Position numbers and translations under genes: made by a program. Of a stretch of 64,000 nucleotides of DNA, positions 46,823 through 55,144 are shown piece by piece (position 1 is the first letter of the stretch; each line of letters begins with the position of its first letter). Origin of the DNA: a virus; IMG/VR virus record IMGVR_UViG_3300045976_000088, positions 1 to 64,000 of that record. One strand, given 5' to 3'. A model generated the notes under the pieces. That model was given only the letters and a program-made list of their open reading frames with translations. It made no database searches and had not been told where the DNA came from.

Positions 46823-48201
46823 GCTGATTGCTCCTTGGCGGCAGCAGCGAGGGCGGCCGCGTACCCGGCGCGGATGAAGTCATAGGCCGCGGCTCCCCGC
46901 TTCTCGTGCATGGTCTTGGTCATAATCTCGTCGCACTGCTCATCCGTCAGTCCCTGCGCCACTGGCTGTGATGCGACGACGGGAGCGGCGATGGATCGAC
47001 GGATGGCTTGCAGCGCTAGCCGGTCGTTGCTCAAGCCGAGAATCTTGATGGTCTCCCACAAGCGCTTCGCTTCCAGCTCCACCGTCTCTGCTGCCCCCTG
47101 CACGGGAGCGAGGTTGCATCGGATGAACTCTGCGACTTGTGGAGCGATCAAAACCGGCTCGCGTCCTTCAGCCGCTTCGATGCGATCTGCGCAGTCGAGT
47201 AAGTAGTCTGCTGTTGGCTTCGGGACGGGCACCAGCACGAACCCATCTGCCGCCACCGGCTCGGCCTGCGCGGGGGTAGTGGTGGGCGTCGTCAGGTATG
47301 CGGCCAGGGCCTTCTCGGCATCGTGGATGACACGGTATCCATGCGTCCCGTCGTCCTGCGCGTTGACCAGCTTGCCGAGGTGGCCGGGATCGCGGCTCGG
47401 CACGGCATCACAGATCGCGCTGGCGAGGTGCAGGGCGTTCATCACTTGCCACAGCAGCGCCACCGGCTCGGCCTGCGGGGTGGCGTCATTGACCATCGGG
47501 CCGTCCCATCCCGGCTCACGTCGCGCAGCCGGTGCAGGGGACGCCACGGGAGGGCGGACGGCGAGGGATGCCGCGCTCTTAAGCCACGCATTCACTGCGC
47601 GCCGGGCAATGTTGGTCATGTTCCCCCGGTAAGCGCGAGCCGCCTCGATGCTGGACAGCTCGTTGTAGCTCGGGTCACGCATGGCCGCGTGGACGGCAGC
47701 CGCAGCGTGATTAAGGGCCGCAGGGTAGTCATCGGCCGCCACCGGCTCGGCCTGCGGCTGCCTGTCGGGATCGTCGCGTTCGCCGGCAATCCAGTCGATC
47801 GCCTTTGCGAGCGCCGCGCCGACGGTGGTGTGATGCGTGTCGGCTTCTAGCCTCGCATCCTCCAACTCATCAAGCAAATCGGCACGCGCCGCTTCCTCGC
47901 ACGGGTGAGGCTCGGCCTGCGGCTTCCCAAGCGGCGGCTTCCACTGCTCCCCCTCGTGGTACGTGTAGCCCAGGCCCTGCAGCGTCTTGACGGCAGCGTC
48001 GCGCGCGGCTCGGCTTGGATTCTCGGACTGCAGCTGTGCGGAGATCGCTTCACGCGCATACTCCTGCACGCACATCTGCAGCGCCGCCGCGATGTCCTGG
48101 CGCCCCATTACGCTCGGGTGCGCAGCACTCCATTCGTTCACAAGGCTCCAAAATTTCTTCTGAAGGGATGGCAGTGGCGCGATATTGGTGTTCTCAGCCA
48201 C
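46819..48201 (-). CDS. Modular hypothetical protein with repeated QAEP linkers
   Basis: Four (P/A)QAEP(V/H) repeats; start uncertain. Confidence 0.6.
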   Translation of the reverse strand: MAENTNIAPLPSLQKKFWSLVNEWSAAHPSVMGRQDIAAALQMCVQEYAREAISAQLQSENPSRAARDAAVKTLQGLGYTYHEGEQWKPPLGKPQAEPHPCEEAARADLLDELEDARLEADTHHTTVGAALAKAIDWIAGERDDPDRQPQAEPVAADDYPAALNHAAAAVHAAMRDPSYNELSSIEAARAYRGNMTNIARRAVNAWLKSAASLAVRPPVASPAPAARREPGWDGPMVNDATPQAEPVALLWQVMNALHLASAICDAVPSRDPGHLGKLVNAQDDGTHGYRVIHDAEKALAAYLTTPTTTPAQAEPVAADGFVLVPVPKPTADYLLDCADRIEAAEGREPVLIAPQVAEFIRCNLAPVQGAAETVELEAKRLWETIKILGLSNDRLALQAIRRSIAAPVVASQPVAQGLTDEQCDEIMTKTMHEKRGAAAYDFIRAGYAAALAAAAKEQSA

Positions 48202-48433
48202 GACCCACCCCCATCCCGCAGTCGCACCGCCCAGGCCGCCGGCCCTGCTGGCAGCCGCCGCCGGCACAGCCGTTGTTCGTCGGGGCGTACTTCACCAGCA
48301 GCCGCAGCAGGCCGCAGGCGGCGATCGCGAGGGTGAAGTAGCTGCTGATGCCGAGCACCAGGCAGAGCACCAGCGGAATCAGAATGACGCCTGCGGCGAC
48401 GATGATCCGGTCGGGGTGAACGGGTGATTTCAC
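48194..48433 (-). CDS. Small membrane protein with Cys-rich tail
   Basis: GGAG RBS; two TM segments; C.GGGCQQGR...CDC. Confidence 0.55.
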   Translation of the reverse strand: MKSPVHPDRIIVAAGVILIPLVLCLVLGISSYFTLAIAACGLLRLLVKYAPTNNGCAGGGCQQGRRPGRCDCGMGVGRG

Positions 48434-48539
48434 AGACTCTCCAATGGGTTGCGGGGTGGTCGAATTGTACGCCAGCTAATCAAAAAAGATCAAATCAGCG
48501 CCCGCGCTGCTCCGGCTGTCGTGACGACACCATGGCGAC

Positions 48540-50297
48540 ATGGACAATGCCGCCTCCGTTGCCTTCAATCCAGACGCGCCTGCCGACGAGCGCCGCGACG
48601 CCAAAGCGGAGCTGCAGAAGGCGCATGCCCCAACGTCATCCGACATCGCCAAGAACGTCGGTAACCTGGCGCCCCTGATCGACTTCATCCGGCATCAGGC
48701 CGAGGAACAGGAGTTCCAGAAGTCGCTCACCAAGCAAAACGTGATCCCATTCCCGTCGCTGGCGGTCAAAAACCGCAAGCCCGGCATGCAGTCGGTCACG
48801 CTCGACGACATGCTGGTGACGGTGCAAGGAGACTGGTACGAGCGCCCTGGCTCGATGCCGTTCGACTCTCTGCGCATGATGGTGCGCGAGACACCGGTGC
48901 TTGGCGCCGTGATCATGCAGCGCATCCGCCAGGTGCAACGCTTCTGCCGTCCGCAGGAGAACGGCAAGGGCTACGGCTTCAAGATCGCGCTGAAGGACAA
49001 GACGGCGCACACCGGCCCCGAGGAGGAGCAGTCCATCGCGCTGCTGCAGGACTTCTTCAGCAACTGCGGCTGGGAGAAGAACCCGCGCGCGCGCCGGCGC
49101 CTGAAGCGCGACGACTTCACGTCGTTCATGGGCAAGCTGGTGCGGGAGTCGCTGACCCTGGACTCGATGCCGATCGAGACGGAGTTCAAGCGCGATCGCA
49201 GCCAGGGCATCGACGGCATGTATGCGGTCGACGGCGCGACGGTGCGGCTGTGCACTGAGCTCGGCTATGAGGGCGACGACGAGATTTACGCCCTGCAGGT
49301 GGTGCAGGGCCAGGTGCGAGCGGTCTACACCTATGACGATCTGATCTACGTCCCACGCAACCCGCTGGCGGACGTGAACGCCGGCGGCTACGGCCTGAGC
49401 GAGACCGAGTTGCTGGTGCGTACGGTGACGGGCTTCCTGAACGCCTTCACCTACAACACCAAGTTCTTCGACTCGAATCAGATCCCGAAGGGCCTGCTGC
49501 ACCTGTCTGGCAACTACGACGACAACGACATCACCGCGTTCAAGCGCTTCTGGAACGCGATGGTCAAGGGCATCAACAATGCCTGGTCGCTGCCGGTGAT
49601 GGTATCGAAGGACCAGGAGTCGAAGGCCACGTTCGAGAACTTCGGTGTCGAGGTCAACGAGATCATGTTCGCGAAGTGGATGGTGTTCCTCGTGAGCATC
49701 ATCTGCGCGATCTACGGTATCGCACCCGAGGAGATCAACTTCGAGAGCTTCACGGCCGGCACGAGCTCGCTGAGCGGCGACGACACCGAGGAGAAGCTGG
49801 TCTCGTCGAAGGACAAGGGCCTGCGGCCGCTGTTGAGCTACTTCGAGAACCTGTTCACCGACTACGTGGTCTCGGAGTACGGCGACAAGTACGTGTTCCG
49901 CTGGACCGGCCTCGACGAGGAGGATCCGAAGTCGGCAGCCGAGCGCCAGAAGCTGTCGATGACGTGGAACGAGATGCGTGCACTCGACGACCTGCCGAAG
50001 ATCCCTGGCAAGGTCGGCGACGCGCCGCTCAACCCCGCCCTGCTCGGCGCCTGGCAGCAAGAGAACATGCCGCAGGAGACCGACTTCGGCCAGCCCGGGC
50101 AGCAGCAGCCGCCAGGCGACGACGAGGGTGCGTCAGCCGAGGGCCAGGACTTTGGCAACCCGGGCGACGAGAACGACACCGGCGCCGACTTCGGCCAGGC
50201 CGGCGGCGACGACAGCCAGGGCGGCGGCGACGAGCCTGCCGACAGCGCCACGATGGCGAAGGCCTTCGGCCTGCCGGTGTTCAAAATCGAGCCGTGA
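48540..50297 (+). CDS. Portal protein, predicted leaderless
   Basis: YAVDGATVR, LIYVPRNP, GYGLSETE, KFFDSNQIPKGLL, ICAIYGIAPEEINF, SKDKGLRPLL. Confidence 0.9.
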   Translation: MDNAASVAFNPDAPADERRDAKAELQKAHAPTSSDIAKNVGNLAPLIDFIRHQAEEQEFQKSLTKQNVIPFPSLAVKNRKPGMQSVTLDDMLVTVQGDWYERPGSMPFDSLRMMVRETPVLGAVIMQRIRQVQRFCRPQENGKGYGFKIALKDKTAHTGPEEEQSIALLQDFFSNCGWEKNPRARRRLKRDDFTSFMGKLVRESLTLDSMPIETEFKRDRSQGIDGMYAVDGATVRLCTELGYEGDDEIYALQVVQGQVRAVYTYDDLIYVPRNPLADVNAGGYGLSETELLVRTVTGFLNAFTYNTKFFDSNQIPKGLLHLSGNYDDNDITAFKRFWNAMVKGINNAWSLPVMVSKDQESKATFENFGVEVNEIMFAKWMVFLVSIICAIYGIAPEEINFESFTAGTSSLSGDDTEEKLVSSKDKGLRPLLSYFENLFTDYVVSEYGDKYVFRWTGLDEEDPKSAAERQKLSMTWNEMRALDDLPKIPGKVGDAPLNPALLGAWQQENMPQETDFGQPGQQQPPGDDEGASAEGQDFGNPGDENDTGADFGQAGGDDSQGGGDEPADSATMAKAFGLPVFKIEP

Positions 50298-51892
50298 TGA
50301 AGCCACAGCAGCAGAAGCAGCAGCCCGAGAAGGAGCCCAAGGACGTCGCCGTCGGCGACGAGCTCTACGTGCATCACGGCGGCCAGCCGCACACGTGCCG
50401 CGTGGTCGCGCACGGCCGCCACGGCGTCACGGGCGAGATCGAGGGCAAGCACCACAAGTTCACCTGGGACCGGGTGCTCGGGCACAAGAAGCGCGCGAAG
50501 CTGCGCTACCGCATCACCGACCAGGGCGAGGACGGCATGATCCTGGAGGATCACGCCGGCAACCGCCGCTACCTGGCGACCCCCAACGAGGCAAAAGAGG
50601 ATCCCTACGTGGCGAAGGCACTCGACCCGCGGCGCCCGGTGCTGCTGCTCAAGGCTGGCGAACCGAAAGGGCCGACGCGCCCGGGGTTGACCGAAAAGCA
50701 CCTGACCGACAAGCGCGGCGTGCAGACCACGCGCTACGTGCGCACACAGAAGGACCAGCCGAAGCAGCGCCAGCGCGCCGCCAGCGATGCCGAGGCTGGC
50801 GCCGCGCACGGCTACGGCACACACAACCTGAGCGCCGGCGACACCGTGCACTTCGCCGCCGGCGACTTCCAGGGCAGCGGCGTCATCGTCGGCGAGCCCG
50901 GCGCCGACGGCGCGCACGTCAAGGACGCCAGTGGCCGCGTGCACCAGGTGAGGTGGGCCGAGATCACCGGCCACGAGCCGCGCGAGGGCGAGAAGCCGAC
51001 CGTGCAGCACGGTGTGCGCGGCGAGCAGAAGCCGATCCCAGCGGACCAGTTCAAGGCGGGCGACTACGCGGCGCAGCACAACGACCCCAACGTGACGCCC
51101 GAGGCGATCCTGTCGCAGTTCCCGCCCGACACAGCCGAGAAGATCCAGGCGGTGCAGGAGCGTCTGAAGTCAGTCGAAGAAACGATCGAGCGGCACAAGC
51201 AAGGCGACGACTACGACGAGAAGCGCAAGGCGCTGCACGTGAAAATCTACGATCACTTCCTCTCGCCGGAGAAGGTGATCGCGGCGACGCCGCCCGAGGG
51301 TCAGAAGCCAACGCTGACGCTGCTGGGTGGCCGCGGCGGCTCGGGCAAGAGCTCGTTCAAGGGCAAGGTCTACGACGAGGCGCATGCGATCGTCATCGAC
51401 CCGGACGAGATCAAGGGCATGCTGCCCGAGTACGAGGGATGGAACGCCCACCAGGTGCACTCAGAGTCGAGCGACATCACCGACGAGATCATCAAGATGG
51501 CCCGCGACTTCGGCTGCAACGTGGTGCTCGATGCCACGATGAAGACCGCCAAGAGCACACTCAAGAAGCTCGACGAGTTCAAAGGCGCCGGCTACCGTGT
51601 CGAGGCCCACTACATGCACCTGCCGCGGCAGGAAGCAGCCAAGCGCGCCGTGCAGCGCTTCCTTGGCAAGACGCAGCGCTACGTGCCGGTCGACGTCGTG
51701 CTGGGCAACACCGAGAACGAGAAGACGTTCGATCAGGTGCGCGAGCACGCCGACCGCTGGTCGTTCCGGGACAACAACGTGCAGCAGGGCCAGGAGCCGA
51801 TCTTGATCAGCCAGGGCGGCAAGGATCACGAGGAGCAGCCATTGAAGAAGTCCCTCGGAGCAACTATCCTCTTGGTATGGAAAATGCCATGA
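50297..51892 (+). CDS. Head-associated protein with C-terminal zeta-toxin-like P-loop kinase
   Basis: LLGGRGGSGKS, IDPDEIK..LPEY, VH.ESS, NVVLDATM; SH3-like N-terminal modules. Confidence 0.8.
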   Translation: MKPQQQKQQPEKEPKDVAVGDELYVHHGGQPHTCRVVAHGRHGVTGEIEGKHHKFTWDRVLGHKKRAKLRYRITDQGEDGMILEDHAGNRRYLATPNEAKEDPYVAKALDPRRPVLLLKAGEPKGPTRPGLTEKHLTDKRGVQTTRYVRTQKDQPKQRQRAASDAEAGAAHGYGTHNLSAGDTVHFAAGDFQGSGVIVGEPGADGAHVKDASGRVHQVRWAEITGHEPREGEKPTVQHGVRGEQKPIPADQFKAGDYAAQHNDPNVTPEAILSQFPPDTAEKIQAVQERLKSVEETIERHKQGDDYDEKRKALHVKIYDHFLSPEKVIAATPPEGQKPTLTLLGGRGGSGKSSFKGKVYDEAHAIVIDPDEIKGMLPEYEGWNAHQVHSESSDITDEIIKMARDFGCNVVLDATMKTAKSTLKKLDEFKGAGYRVEAHYMHLPRQEAAKRAVQRFLGKTQRYVPVDVVLGNTENEKTFDQVREHADRWSFRDNNVQQGQEPILISQGGKDHEEQPLKKSLGATILLVWKMP

Positions 51893-52062
51893 TCCCAACC
51901 CCCGAGCAGCGCCCGGACCTGTACGACGGCTACGACTGCCAGGACGTCAAACCGCTGTCGCCGGAGTACCGGAAGACGGCACTCTCGCCGACCCTGCAGA
52001 AGATGTTGGCAGAGCGCCAGAAGGCAAAGCAGCCCGCGAAGCCGGAAGACAAATCCGAGTAA
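51889..52062 (+). CDS. 57-aa hypothetical protein
   Basis: ATGA-coupled to zeta-like gene. Confidence 0.55.
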   Translation: MIPTPEQRPDLYDGYDCQDVKPLSPEYRKTALSPTLQKMLAERQKAKQPAKPEDKSE

Positions 52063-52121
52063 TTCGCATGGGGATTGCTTGATCAAATCTGATCATCAGC
52101 CCCACAATCGACCCCATCGAC

Positions 52122-52198
52122 AGCGGTGTAGCTCAGCCAGGTAGAGCAGCGGGTTCATACCCCGCGGGTCGCAGGATCGAAGCCTGCCACCGCAACCA
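52122..52198 (+). tRNA. tRNA-Met (CAT), initiator-like
   Basis: Cloverleaf with CCA; 1:72 mismatch; GGG/CCC anticodon stem; atypical ATCGAAG T-loop. Confidence 0.88.
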
Positions 52199-52223
52199 GA
52201 TTCCTTCACCACACGGAGATCAC

Positions 52224-52406
52224 GTGAGCACCTTCACCCCCAAGCTCAACAAGCAGGTCAAGTACCGCACGCAGCGCGGCAACACGGGCACCGGCAAGAT
52301 CAAGGAAATCCCGCCGGCGGGCGTGAACGGCCAGTTCATCCACGTGGTGGACTCCACCTCCAAGAAGCTGCTGAAGCTGCGTCCGGCGCAGCTGAGCGCG
52401 GCCTGA
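52224..52406 (+). CDS. Small basic SH3-like protein
   Basis: GGAG RBS, GTG start. Confidence 0.6.
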   Translation: MSTFTPKLNKQVKYRTQRGNTGTGKIKEIPPAGVNGQFIHVVDSTSKKLLKLRPAQLSAA

Positions 52407-52990
52407 GCAAGAACGCAAGCGCCCGAGAAGGGCAGACGCTGAAGCGGCCGCGCGAAGTGAGCGGCGCCGGTTCGCAACCGGCATGAGAGCGCGAGGGGCT
52501 GGGCCTGACAATCCAGCCTAACCTCAGTGTGGCAAGACACGGCCGCGAGCGACGGCGCCACTCTGTAAACCCCGTCAGGGGGAAAGTGTCTAGGCCAACG
52601 CAGGCCGCGGGCGTCACCCACCGGCTGCGGAAACCGTGAACCTGGTGCACGAGCGGTGAGACCCCGCGCCGGAGACGTAACCGGCACCCTCACGCATGCG
52701 GATTGGCGTGGCCGTAAGTCGGGAATTGGAAGACCGACCTTGAAAGCATAGGTGCGCCTTGCGGGTTCGAGCCCCGTCGCCAGTCCGCAGTCGTGAGGGT
52801 GGAAGTTAAGCGGAAGCGCTGCCGCATGGTGATCTGTGTTCGCCGCGTCCTGGCTCGCGACCAGGCACCCTCAGCCTTCACGCATGCGCCTGGATAGGGG
52901 CCGTACCCCCGAAGTCTGTACGGGGCCTCCCTTGCCGGGAGCTGGGCGCAGTCGTGAGGGTGGAGCGCACCACGGGTTGGCGCCGTGGTA
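52407..52990 (+). ncRNA. Structured RNA array part 1 (tRNA-like and long-stem units)
   Basis: No credible ORF; dense hairpins, T-arm-like loops, repeated closing stems. Confidence 0.7.
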
Positions 52991-53119
52991 GTCCTGTTTC
53001 ATGGGCTTACATCTCAACTCCTCCTTTCTTGTTGACGCTGCCGCATGCGAGGCGCGCCACCCTCAACCATGATCAAAAATCGTGACGCTACTCTGTGCGT
53101 CTCAACCCTTGGAGATCCC

Positions 53120-53356
53120 ATGTCCATCACCTCCGTTGTCGACGCCATCAAGGCAAAGGCCGAAGCCGATCTGTCCGTGTTCAAGGCCGAGCTCGTCGGC
53201 TTCGAGCACCACGTCGAATCGATCTTCAGCCTGGGCGTGAAGTACGCCGCCGAACACCTCGGCTTCAGCGCCGCCGAAGCGCAGGCCCAGCCCGAGCAGA
53301 CCGCCGCCGCGCCGCAGGCCACCGAAGGCGCCGCCACCGAAGCCTCGGCGAGCTGA
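53120..53356 (+). CDS. Hypothetical protein under late promoter
   Basis: TCGTGA-CGC-TACTCT at 53080; GGAG RBS. Confidence 0.65.
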   Translation: MSITSVVDAIKAKAEADLSVFKAELVGFEHHVESIFSLGVKYAAEHLGFSAAEAQAQPEQTAAAPQATEGAATEASAS

Positions 53357-53375
53357 TCGCCAACAGGGAGGAGAT

Positions 53376-53762
53376 GTGTTCTCCGACCACCACGCGCTCG
53401 AACGCATCGAGCACATCGTCACCACCATCGAAAGGATGGAACGCTTCATCATGACCGCTCTCGAAGACCTGCAAGCATCGACCGCCGCCCTCGTGCAGAA
53501 AGTCGGCGCACTCGAAACCCTCACGAACTCGCTGAAGTCGCAGCTGGACACCCTGGCGAACGCCGGCGGTGCCACGCCCGACCAGCTGAACGCGCTGAAG
53601 GCGCAGATCGACGCGGCCGCGCAGGGCGTGGACGCCACGATCGCCGCCGACTCGCCGGCCGCGCCCGCGCCGGCCCCGGCCCCCGCTCCCGCGCCGGCCC
53701 CGGCGCCGGCCGACCAAGCTCCCGCCGCCGGCGCCGGCCAGGCCGCCACACCCGCGGCCTGA
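53376..53762 (+). CDS. Coiled-coil protein with (AP)n tail (start may be 53451)
   Basis: GGAGG RBS; heptad pattern. Confidence 0.65.
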   Translation: MFSDHHALERIEHIVTTIERMERFIMTALEDLQASTAALVQKVGALETLTNSLKSQLDTLANAGGATPDQLNALKAQIDAAAQGVDATIAADSPAAPAPAPAPAPAPAPAPADQAPAAGAGQAATPAA

Positions 53763-53774
53763 TTGCGTGTTCGC

Positions 53775-53803
53775 AGAGTCCGGGCCTTCGGGCCCGGGCT
53801 TTC
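53775..53803 (+). terminator. UUCG hairpin/probable terminator
   Basis: AGAGTCCGGGCC-TTCG-GGCCCGGGCTTT. Confidence 0.65.
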
Positions 53804-53833
53804 TGATCAGCGCCAGCACGCTGACATTGATCA

Positions 53834-54204
53834 GAGAGCTCACCGCAACCGCGGCTTGGCCCCGCGGGTGATTTGCGTGCATGCACGCACACGGCACACA
53901 ACGCTGCCTCATGCGAGTGCGGTGGGTTCTCGACTGGTAGCACCTTCACAGAAGCGGCGTCAGGGTCTGGATGGGTACGGCGCTGCACCTGCATGCCAGG
54001 CCCGCTTCTGTGAGGGTGAATGCGCAGGCTGATGCGCGAATCGTGAGAGCAAGATCCCTTCCGGTATAGCCTCGTAGGAGGTGTCGTTAGCGGTGCGGTA
54101 GGGCTCACTGGCCCGCTCGTAAGAGCCTACCAGTGGGGATGTAAAACGAGGCGTCACTACACGCCTATTGCCTCAAAGCCGGAGATCAGCACCGGCCGCC
54201 CTCA
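53834..54204 (+). ncRNA. Structured RNA array part 2
   Basis: 14-bp and 17-bp closing stems; tRNA-like unit with complementary D/T loops. Confidence 0.7.
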
Positions 54205-54238
54205 ACTCAAAAATGAGTCGTGATGCCCCAATCGGGGC

Positions 54239-54934
54239 ATGGAACTCCTCAAGCACTTCGACCGCAACACCGCGGGCCGCGACCTGATCGTCGGCGACGT
54301 CCATGGTTGCTTCACCAAGCTGCAGGCCGCGCTCGACGCGCTGAAATTCGACCCCGCGCGCGATCGCCTGTTCTCCGTCGGTGACCTGGTGGACCGCGGC
54401 CAGGAATCCGACGACGCCACCGAGTGGCTGGCGAAGCCATGGTTCCACGCGGTGCGCGGCAATCACGAGCAGATGGCGATCGACTTCGCGGCCGGCTTCG
54501 GCGACCCGCGCCTCTACATGATGAACGGCGGCGCCTGGTTCATCGGCCACCCGAAGTCGCACCAGCAGTGGATGGCCGACCAGTTCGCCGCGCTGCCGAT
54601 CGCGATCGAGGTCGAAACCGAGCACGGCCTGGTCGGCATCGTGCACGCCGAGTGCCCGACGATCCGCTGGCAAGACCTGCGCGATGCGCTGACGGGCCCG
54701 GCATCCGACGGCTTCCAGCAGCTGTGCATGTGGTCGCGCGACCGTATCACGGGCGAGCTCGTCGATCACACCGAGGGCGTCAGCGCGGTGATCGTCGGCC
54801 ACACGCCGGTAGAGCGCTGGATCACGCTGGGGAACACGATCTACATCGACAGCGGCGCGTGGCTGCCTCCGCACCGCGGGGATCGTCCGTTCACCATCCT
54901 CGACGCCGCCACGCTGCGCCCTGCGCAGTCGTGA
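54239..54934 (+). CDS. Ser/Thr protein phosphatase-like metallophosphoesterase (lambda NinI/PphA family), predicted leaderless
   Basis: GDVHG, GDLVDRG, RGNHE, NGG.W, GHTP, IDSG. Confidence 0.92.
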   Translation: MELLKHFDRNTAGRDLIVGDVHGCFTKLQAALDALKFDPARDRLFSVGDLVDRGQESDDATEWLAKPWFHAVRGNHEQMAIDFAAGFGDPRLYMMNGGAWFIGHPKSHQQWMADQFAALPIAIEVETEHGLVGIVHAECPTIRWQDLRDALTGPASDGFQQLCMWSRDRITGELVDHTEGVSAVIVGHTPVERWITLGNTIYIDSGAWLPPHRGDRPFTILDAATLRPAQS

Positions 54935-55144
54935 TTGCACACTCACACTGCCTGCAAAGGCGTCCGCAAGGGCGACGATGGCCGGGTGCTTCCCCCCTAG
55001 CTGTGCGTGGGGGCGTGGGTTTCTCAACGGCAGCAGCAGATCACGGCGACCCACTCCGTGGGGCCCCTCCACGCTGGGGATCTGCCGGCATTGCGCGGCC
55101 CGGGGCGACTCGGGCCGCCGTGTCGTGACTGCATTCTTGCGGGC

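Noticed and set aside
52199-52223. tRNA-associated HDV-like (theta) ribozyme after tRNA-Met
   Set aside because: Only ~25 nt before the next gene and no nested pseudoknot visible
52686-52800. YrlA-type Y RNA
   Set aside because: Arm order is D-anticodon-T as in ordinary tRNA rather than the permuted YrlA order, and no Ro60 gene is visible in the window
52791-52961. TCGTGA at 52791 and 52952 as late promoters
   Set aside because: Followed by GGG-TGGA.., no -10-like hexamer; explained as RNA stem strands
53660-53712. GC-rich short tandem repeats
   Set aside because: Simply encode an (Ala-Pro)n linker
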